Made by a program: the position numbers and the translations under genes. From Octopus vulgaris (lineage: Eukaryota), in the NCBI GenBank assembly GCA_951406725.2, contig OX597818.1:7502001-7566000 (forward strand): a stretch of DNA of 64,000 nt, written 5' to 3'. The number at the start of each line of letters is the position of its first letter. Positions within the stretch are counted from its first letter, which is position 1. The notes under the pieces are model-generated. The model did not search any database and had not been told where the DNA came from. It saw nothing but the letters and a program-made list of their open reading frames with translations. Below are positions 55,195 to 64,000 of the stretch, in pieces.

Positions 55195-56600
55195 AGGTCA
55201 TCAAACTCCACCCTCCACCTCCAATGGATATATACTGGTTCCAGACCACTCATTCAATTTTCCATACCCCTCTTTGTCTATCGCTATGATTGTTGTATTT
55301 TCTGTGTAAAGCTCCACTGGTAATTTTATTCTAATTGCCGATTTAATGTTGGTAATTGTCCTTTCTATCGCCATACTTTTTGTGTCTGTTACCATATACC
55401 ATCTACTTTTCCTGGATTATTTAACTGTTTGATTTTTATGGTAAACTTGGGTTGTCTGGGTAGGTTTCCCCTTTTTGTCCTTTTGCTAGTGATGCTGGTG
55501 GAGGTATTTGCCGCCACATCTCTATAATGTTCATATCTTCCTCATTTTTTTCTTTTTCGGACTCTTCGTCGGTGAGTTGACACATTCTTTCCTTTTTCTT
55601 TTTCCTGGTAACCTCCGTAAATGCTTCCTCCGCTTCCTCCGTACATTTCTCACTTGCTAGGGCCGCCACGTCGGCATTCTGCTCCTGTTGGCCTTCCCCA
55701 CTGTCTCTCTGGGAGCACCTTACTCTCATATGTTCCTTCTCTCCGCATTGATTGCAGGTTGGTGGTCTTCCTTCCTCCATCACATTCAACCTTATGTCTT
55801 CAGGTAAAGTCACCACTTCAGCGATTTCTTTCAAATTTTTTGTTCGATCTGAATGACCATTTCAAAACCATATCCCCACTTTCTTGTCCTCGTCATCTTT
55901 AAAATGTGTGTGTCCTCCTCGGTTTTATGCATCACGGCTGCTACTAGCCACGCCTTTTTGATTTCCGGGGATACTCTGCCTATTCTCACATTTGCGACCC
56001 TTTTGCCCCATTTAGTTGGCAGGAGTACCTACCCTTGCGTCCCGAGCGTCACAGTGGATGATTTATTGCCACTTGCTCGTTGACAGACCTCACATCCACT
56101 GTGCCGTATTTTATTCTTCTCGTGTAGAATATTGCCCGGTTTTTTTTATCTCCTTAAGACATTATTCTATCGCTTCTACTGAGGCTATTTCAATTTTCTT
56201 AGTTGTTGTAGACAGTGTTCTGTAAACCACTCTTCCTTTTGTTATATTGGCTGTCATTTCTTCTGTCGGAGTCAGCCTTAAACACGATCCTTCCTTCTGA
56301 ATCAGCCTATTACACTCTTTCAGCTTCCTTTTCTTAATTTTGACCTCTCGCACCTCTAGCGCATCCACATTTGCACCCTTTCAGTCGCTGAAGCACAACT
56401 TCGGCATGTGCCGGACCTGGTTCGCAATCCATTATCTTCCTCTTTTTTGTTTCACTTTACCAGAAAATGGAGAAAAAGACAAACACAAAAATCACAAGCC
56501 TGCAGATAGAAACAATAACATTATTTAACAAATTTAACTATTTGAATCATAGGTTCACCCTCGCGGGAGACCCTTCCATGAGTATACAAGACACCACAAC
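55195..56600 (-). mobile_element. L1/Tx1-like ORF1 (gag-like, CCHC knuckle) pseudogene without ORF2
   Basis: Joined frames: ..VVYRTLSTTTKKIEIAS..LLPTKWGKRVANVRIGRVSPEI..LNVMEEGRPPTCNQCGEKEHMRVRC (CX2CX4HX4C), then an acidic/basic tail; stop at 55201. Confidence 0.75.
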
Positions 56601-56869
56601 ACACGTCGGCCGGAATCAAAAGATTTAACAAAAAAAAAAGTCACCGAACGACTTTACTGACTGGTTCAGTCCACTATTTATTAGTAGTGGACCAGCCCAC
56701 TTCTCGTCTGGGAGCGTCCGCCCAAACAGTTTTGTTTTTATAGCTACAAGGAAGAAATAAATTACATGATTCTTCTGCCCACAAAAGTCTTTTTCATTGC
56801 ACCATTCATAACCGGTCGGTATCAGTTGCATTTTATATCCCTTTCTTTTACATCAACTTGTATCCAAGG

Positions 56870-57870
56870 AGCCACGCGTAAGGTACATGTATATATCGGA
56901 CAAAGATAGGGCAAGGTTGGTTGATGCCTTCGACAGGCATCAAACAGATTACCCAAAACTAGCAGACACATTTCTCATTGAAAGGAGTACTGCATGAGCC
57001 TTAGTAACGACCGACCTACCTACGGTCTGGAAGGCACCATATGTTGCCTGGAGGAGGTGTCTACCACATCGTGGTCGAGGAGGAAATGCGAGCTCTGCTT
57101 CAGGTGATTATTGATGCCAACCCACTCGTAACCCTTCAAGAGATGAAGAGGGACATAGAGGCAGCATTGCCCGGATAGCCGCCTGTTTCCGTGTCTGCAA
57201 TCTAGATGGGATATTGATAATTATGAAGTTGGCCGTAGGCGTCCCAGATGAAAGAAATGCCCCCCACCCAAGAACTCTGGAAAAGTGCTATGAGTATTGG
57301 TTTATAGAAGTGGGAGTCAACGGCAGTTGATGAATGTGAGTACAACACTTAGACCAGGTGGTCTTTTGAACGAGCTCCTCAAGGCTTTTCTGTTCGTCGA
57401 GCTGTCAACCGTCAGCATGGGAAAAACTGCAACGTCACCTTTGTGGTTTGGGGATAAATCGGTCTGGTTCACTTCTCCATTGCGAACGATGCCGTAACAC
57501 GAAACATTTTCGACGTGTTCTTAGCGGAAACAGCTCGAGTATGTGCCGACAGGTTCCTAACGAATGAATCCGTCTACTTGATCTACAACAACGCGCGGAC
57601 ACATGTTCATGCCAAGCTCCCAACAGACACCGTCGCACCACTGATCACTCTGAAATTTCTGCCCGCTATTCACCATTTCTTATTTGTACGGAAATAACGC
57701 ATCCTGCTATTAAAGTGTCTGTCAAGCGGGATCTCATTCGAGCTGAGTCGCAACAAAGGGTTGGCGATCGGGTAGCTGTAGAAGAAGCCAGCATGAACAT
57801 GGGAAAATGGCAAGCACATGTCGAAGCCTTCACTTCAGAAAATTGTGCTCGTTGATATAGACACTTTATG
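56870..57870 (+). mobile_element. Decayed IS630/Tc1-like transposase
   Basis: ISDKDRARLVDAF..LADTFLIERSTA (HTH-like), IIDANPLVTLQEMK, YLIYNNARTH (cf. DNARxH), KFLP/YSPFL (cf. LPPYSPFLN). Confidence 0.8.
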
Positions 57871-58490
57871 GCGCTAATCGTTTTCACGACTGTGAATGAC
57901 CCGATTATCAACTTGAATGACAAACGTACGGAAATGACTGAAAAAGCCTATATTATTTTGAAACGTTTGACATGTATTCTTAAACATCACTTTCATTTTC
58001 ATAGTGATAAGTATGCTTTCACGGTTTATCGTTGCTGTTGCTTAATTTCCTGGTCATCTCTTATGAAATAGGTTGTTGAAGAAGAGTATTTCACTAATAA
58101 TCACCAATACATCAGAGTGTTATTTAAGATTGCCATATATGTGTATTACAGTTATCTTTCATGATAGGATGTAGTTTGAGGCGCATTAGATACTATATAT
58201 ATATATATATATAATTTCAACAATTGAGGGTAAAATTAATTAATTATTAATCAATTTCACCAAGTGTTCAGTATGCAAAGGGACCATTTAAGGCGAATTC
58301 AAATTATTACATTATATAAAAGGGCTTAGTAAAATAAATTACTTTGCCGCATACTGAACTCATTAGAAATAGCAGCTAAAAAACTTTTTTAAAGCTATTT
58401 CTAATACTTAAAGAAAATCTCTCTCATATAGTGCTTGCTTAATTCAACTCACAAAAGTTTGGGGGTAAGGACATCAAAAAATCAAATGCT

Positions 58491-58561
58491 AAGGTTATTT
58501 GAGAACGTACGTTTCAAGATTAGTCAAAACGACACTTCTATCATCAGCTCAGAAACTCCTT
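58491..58561 (-). ncRNA. Type I hammerhead ribozyme, copy 1
   Basis: aagg-agtttc-tgag CTGATGA t-aga-agt-gtc-gtttt-gac-taa-tct-t GAA acgtacgt T ctca-aataa-cctt. Intact core, palindromic helix III, stem I with internal loop; predicted cut after GUU, between 58504 and 58503. Confidence 0.8.
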
Positions 58562-59048
58562 GGTTTAGATTTGGAAACACTGAAAGTAAGAACATACCCT
58601 TTCGGCTTCTCATCGCTTTCGAAGATCTGCTCGTAACTAACAGTGCCAACAAACTCAAATAAGCAAGCGAAGAATTTCTGTTCTCCCCTTTCCACCAGCG
58701 TGGGTTAAAATCATCAAACACTATGCTTATTTCGGTAAAATCCGAAGCATTAATTAGAGGAGATTAATTATAATTTCAACAATTGAGGGTAAAATTAATT
58801 AATTATTAATCAATTTCACCAAGTGTTCAGTATGCAAAGGGACCATTTAAGGCGAATTCAAATTATCACATTATATAAAAGGGCTTAGTAAAATAAATTA
58901 CTTTGCCGCATACTGAACTCATTAGAAATAGCAGCTAAAAAACTTTTTAAAGCTATTTCTAATACTTAAAGAAAATCTCTCTCATATAGTGCTTGCTTAA
59001 TTCAACTCACAAAAGTTTGGGGGTAAGGACATCAAAAAATCAAATGCT

Positions 59049-59119
59049 AAGGTTATTTGAGAACGTACGTTTCAAGATTAGTCAAAACGACACTTCTATC
59101 ATCAGCTCAGAAACTCCTT
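59049..59119 (-). ncRNA. Type I hammerhead ribozyme, copy 2
   Basis: Identical to copy 1, 558 nt away. Confidence 0.8.
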
Positions 59120-60366
59120 GGTTTGGATTTGGAAACACTGAAAGTAAGAACATACCCTTTCGGCTTCTCATCGCTTTCGAAGATCTGCTCGTAACTAACA
59201 GTGCCAACAAACTCAAATAAGCAAGCGAAGAATTTCTGTTCTCCCCTTTCCACCAGCGTGGGTTAAAATCATCAAACACTATGCTTATTTCGGTAAAATC
59301 CGAAGCATTAATTAGAGGGAGATTAATTATAATTTCAACAATTGAGGGTAAAATTAATTAATTATTAATCAATTTCACCAAGTGTTCATATATATATATC
59401 ATAGAGTGATCGAGTAGGTGGAGGTGCTGTTAATCGTTTCTTATGATATTAGAAACAATACACATTATTATAAGACATATTGTGCTTTAATATTGTGTCT
59501 CTGACTGTATTTATGAATGTGTTATCAAATTATTCAAGATTTTATTATTGACATATATATGAATAAAATATACATGAAAGAACAAAAAAACCCCAGAAAA
59601 ATCAGTTAACGACTCATCTGGCAAAATACACAGCGTACAAGAGATACTGTAAACAATCATCAGTGTAAATGAGTGCTAGAAATATACAGTTAGGACAAAG
59701 CTGGTACAAGGAGACGCTGTTTAAATTGATCGTCACTTTTGGAGAGTGTGCATTCAGTAAATATAGCAACGAGAATGTGCCAAATTGTATATAAATATTA
59801 TGAAAATATTGTGTATATTCTCTCTGTAAAATGACAAGCTCAATAGTAAAATAAATAGAGCTAGCAAATATGCCAGCAATGTGTGTACAAATAAAAAGCG
59901 ATAGGGAAATTAAAATACATCCAACAAGAAAAACACAAAGTCACAATAAGATGCGATAGGATATTAAATTTCCTGCATATGAAACACATTTTGAAAGCTG
60001 TTAAGTCTAGTTTTGATAAAATATGATTAATTTTATTGAACTAGTTGAAAGGGTGAAATATTGAAGAGATAATTACAGTACAGGAATAGATATTCCACTG
60101 TGTTATTGGCTGAAGGACAAAGATTGTCAATATATGATATATTCAACAACGTAATTATAGCCGAAATAATGTTGAAAAATATGAACCCTGCCGTCGTTTG
60201 TAGCTGGTGGATTTGATTTAACCATTAAGACTGTGCCTGTACCGGAATAACATCTTAAAGCATGAGGCTGCATCTTGTATTGTATCACGTAATGTTTTAT
60301 AACACTGATTAAGATTATCTAAGAATTAGTATTATGTGAGTAACAGTTTTAATTCTTAAAGTGATC

Positions 60367-60568
60367 GGCGAGCTGGCAGAATTGTTAGCACGCTCGACAA
60401 ATGCTTGGCTGTATTTCGCCCATTGCTACGTTCTGGTTTCAAATTCCTCCGAGGTCGACTTTACGTTTCGAGGTTGATAAATTGAGTACCAGTTGCGTAT
60501 TGGGGTCTATATATTCGACTATCCCCCTTCCACAAAATCTCTGGCCTTGTGCCTACTATAGAAAAGAA
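60367..60568 (+). mobile_element. SINE family B
   Basis: ggcgagctggcagaattgttagcacgc..ttcaaattcctccgaggtcgactt..gataaattgagtaccagt. Confidence 0.88.
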
Positions 60569-60816
60569 TCTTAACAGGAATATTCAAAATTTTTTTGTCT
60601 GTGTCGTATGTATTTATGCATTACGAATAGAACAAACTCTTCGAAAACATTAACGGAAGAGAGAGAATGGGAGAGGGCTTCAGTAAGTGCATTGTGTAAT
60701 TAATATAAACTGTTGCAAGTTATAACCAATCTATTTTGTCTTTTTTCTTGTGAATCTATAAAATGTACATTATTATATAGGCTAGTTCACACACACAAAC
60801 ACACGCAAACCCGTAT

Positions 60817-60864
<48 letters not shown>

Positions 60865-61848
60865 CACGGGTGGCTTGTTCGTAAATTTACAACCGAATGG
60901 CAGAAATATATACTTCACTAAAGTGACCGAGGGCACTTGTCAGCACCAGTATTGCTAGAAATAAAAGTTAAAATCAAATCAAATTTTACAAGATAACAGC
61001 ATCTCACTCCACAAGTATAAACATGTAACCTTTTTCTCACTTCGATAAAAAATATAGCATTTTATAACATAATCTTTCTATAATCAAATATAGTAAATAA
61101 CATTTTATACAATGACAACGACGACAATGTCACAGTTTTGTATACAAGTGTGTATGCGCCTGTCAGAGTATGTGTGTGAATGTATGAAGGTGTATATGTC
61201 TGTCAGTATGTGTGTGTTTCCACGTTCGACGACAACGTCATATTTTGTATACGAGTGTCTGTGTGTGATTGTATGAGTGTGTATGTGTTTGAGCGTTTGT
61301 GTTACCGCGTTAGGGACGTTATCCAACATGCACACATACATATGCATATGTGATGTCTGACATGCGTGAATATATGTCTGTGTGTATTTCTCTTACTATA
61401 TAGTATTATAGCCCACGACTGTCAATATGTAATTTTTTCATTTCCATAAAAACAATGAAGCATTTAATAGATATAATATTTCTACTGGTAACTAGAGTAG
61501 AAAATATTTTATATGAGTGTGTATGTCTCTGTGTGTGAGTGTCTGCGCGTGCGATGCGTACGAGGTATTAAATGATATTTTATACCACGACGACGACGAC
61601 ATCGTCTCTGTGACTCTATGTTTGTTTCCGCGTTAGAGACATTTAAACATACACACACCCGCACATACATATGCATATGTAATGCTTGACATGCGTGAAT
61701 ATATGTCAGTATGTGTCTCTCTTAATACATGTATGTGACTCTATATGTGTGTATCCTCACATTTTTATATGAATGTGTATGTGTCTGTGAGGGTGTGAGT
61801 GTTTGAGTATTCGTTACGCCTGTTATTAAACATACACATACATCTGCA

Positions 61849-62465
61849 TATCACTTTGATCACTTTGACTGACCAGTCCGTCAGGCGTCTATTTGACACC
61901 GCTGGTCACAGCACGCTGTCCACTCCTCCCTTGATCGCGCCTTTCTCATCCACGTGATCCCAGTCGTCCTCTTCAAATCGTCACTCCACCGTCGTGGAGG
62001 TCTTCCGGGTGGTCTTTTCCGCTCACGCGGGTACCACTCGACAACTGCGTGCGTTCACCGATTATCGGTGAGCCGGGCGACGTGTCCAGCCCATCTATAC
62101 TTGCTGCGAGTATACTCTGCGATGACATCTCTCACACCGGACTTCTTTCTGATGATCTTGCTACTTATGTGCTCTCTCAACGAGATACCAAGCATTGACC
62201 TTTCCATGGCTCTTTGAGCCGTTACCAGTCTTTGCTCTTCTCTCTTTGTGGTAGCCCATGTTTCACTACCATATAACATTGCAGGCAGAACTGCACTGTT
62301 AATGAGGTTGGCGCGGGTGGTCCTGTCCAACCTTCCCTTGAGCACATCCCTTATGCCATTGAACGCCTTCCAACGGCCCTTACTCTCCGTGAGATCTCCT
62401 TTTTGATATCCCGGCAAATATTTACTTCCTGTCCCAAGTAGACATATTCTCTCACCTCCTCTATA
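61849..62465 (-). mobile_element. RTE-clade LINE 3' end, relatively young
   Basis: IEEVREYVYLGQ..EISRR/WKAF..VLPAMLYGSETW..QRAMERSMLGI..RWAGHVAR..KRPPGRPPRRWSDD; (aaagtgatc)n tail. Confidence 0.93.
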
Positions 62466-62469
62466 TACA

Positions 62470-63423
62470 TCTGCATATACATATATGACCAGGATGGCTG
62501 GAGGCGAAATTCTTGAAAAAAAACAATTAAGTGGCATGTCCAAGGTATATAAAAATACACACCTACCGCTCAATTACCTACTCATAATTATCGCAGCATT
62601 TGCAAGTTTGCAAGGCATTTAAAATTTGCTTATATTTGGTTAATTTACAGTGCATACAAAAATACGGTCATACTAAATACATACAACTCCTTACAAAAAT
62701 AGAGATTAACGTATATTTTTTTTAACGTTCATAATATGCCACCAAAGAATAAACGCAATCTTTCCAGAAACACGTATCAAGCAAGGAAGATTGCGGAAAA
62801 CCGAAGACGAGAGTCTCAAGAGATAAGGGAGATCAGACTTTCTCAACATCAGGAAAGGCATGCTCCAGCACGTTAAATGAAGTCTCAATAGCTAAGGAAT
62901 ATGACACTTTCTGAAGATCAACAAAGGCATGTTACAGCACGTCAAATAGAGCCTCAGGAGAGAAGGAGGGGATGAGACTTTCTCAAGGTCAGAAAAGGCA
63001 CGCTGCAGCACGTCTGAAGGAGTTTCAAGAAAGATGGGATATAAGACTTTCTCAAAATCAGCAAAGGCAGGCTGCAGCACATCAGATGCAGTCTCAAAAT
63101 AGGAGGGAGATGAAACTTTCCAAAGTTCAGCAAAGGCATGCTGCAGCTCTTAATGCTGAATCATTAAATCAACGTTTAGCATGCCAGATTACACAGAGAT
63201 CCAACAGAATAGCTCTCAGAAACACACCACATACACATTCGTTCTTCACAACTCCTGGAGCTGCTTTCAGATACCATCCATTCCATTCTTATAAAAATTA
63301 TAATTCTTCCCAGTTAGTGTGCTAAATTCAACTTGTTGTTTCTGCAAAGCTTTAAAATTTATTTCACAAATGTTTTGTCGTCATACTGCCCTTTCTCGTA
63401 TCACCTGTTTCAACGTAACTGTA

Positions 63424-63476
<53 letters not shown>

Positions 63477-63536
63477 TATATATATATACACACTATACCA
63501 TTTTAAATCCCGAGCAACCCCGGGTATCTCTCCTAG
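62470..63536 (+). mobile_element. Internally deleted Helitron retaining the RepHel N-terminus with 23-aa repeats
   Basis: A|TC start at 62470; hairpin cccg-agcaaccc-cggg and CTAG|T end at 63536. Pseudo-ORF from 62736: MPPKNKRNLSRN, five 69-bp repeats (ESQEIREIRLSQHQERHAPAR..), then AAFRY..CCFCKALKF. Confidence 0.8.
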
Positions 63537-63664
63537 TATATATATATGTATGTATATATATATATAACGGGAAGCTTTATGAAAATAAACAAAAGACGAA
63601 GGCAGGTGGAAAACAAACGAACAATTGTATTAGTATGGCGCTCAGGAAATATAAATAAAACAAG

Positions 63665-63702
63665 TCTTTAACGTTTCGAGCCTACGCTCTTCAACAGAAA
63701 GA
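63665..63702 (-). ncRNA. Minimal type I hammerhead-like motif (A6U variant) in a (TA)n-adjacent element
   Basis: tcttt CTGTTGA a gagc-gtag-gctc GAA acgt t aaaga; flanks related to the element at 27300-27570. Confidence 0.6.
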
Positions 63703-64000
63703 TACACAGAGAGAGAAAAACACAGAAAGAAAGAGAGAAAAAATGCGTGCAGTAGCTAACGAATCAACATGGCGATCTGATTTCGGCCAGAGGTCAAAGA
63801 TCAAACATGAGACGCGAGAGCGAAATAAGGGGAGATAATAGGGTTGATAAAAGGGTTGAGGGACCAGCTAAAAGTGCGTGGGAGGGGTCTGGATGTGTGT
63901 ATGTATAGGGTTGGTGTATGTATTAGTATGTATAAGGGTGTGTGTGTGTGTGTGTATGAGAGAGTATTAGTGCGTAAGATTGGTCTGGACGTGCGTATGT

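Larger units (their letters stand above)
58211..59388 (-). mobile_element. Tandem 559-bp units (two full plus 60 bp) in (TA)n; candidate retrozyme or Penelope-derived element
   Basis: Units start at 58211, 58770 and 59329; four differences seen between the full copies; (TA)n on both sides; one hammerhead per full unit. Confidence 0.85.

Noticed and set aside
58435-59279. Duplicated 75-aa (+) and 65-aa (-) ORFs in the tandem unit
   Set aside because: No recognisable domain; the duplication simply reflects the tandem repeat, and the ORFs overlap the ribozyme.
58211-59388. CRISPR-like or assembly-artefact explanation of the tandem
   Set aside because: There are no spacers. The copies differ at four sites, including two substitutions, which argues against pure duplication error, although long reads should confirm this.

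Overview
AT-rich, microsatellite-dense eukaryotic DNA that looks intergenic or intronic. The SINE families and repeat style point to an octopus (coleoid cephalopod) genome; this is an inference. I found no intact host gene, and most listed ORFs are microsatellite translations. The window is a mosaic of decayed mobile elements: two mariner fragments, a Tc1/IS630-like transposase, a MULE transposase fossil split by a CR1 LINE, RTE LINEs, a Dong/R4 fragment inside (TAA)n, Gypsy pol and a solo LTR, two L1/Tx1-like ORF1 copies, several Helitrons (one with 23-aa STPR-like repeats) and tRNA-derived SINEs. The most notable signal is a young (TA)n-embedded tandem of a 559-bp non-coding unit (58211-59388). 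Each full unit carries a type I hammerhead ribozyme on the minus strand, making it a candidate retrozyme or Penelope-derived circular-RNA element. About eight further hammerhead-like motifs lie in dispersed elements that are often inverted-duplicated and (TA)n-associated. All folds and translations were done by eye.
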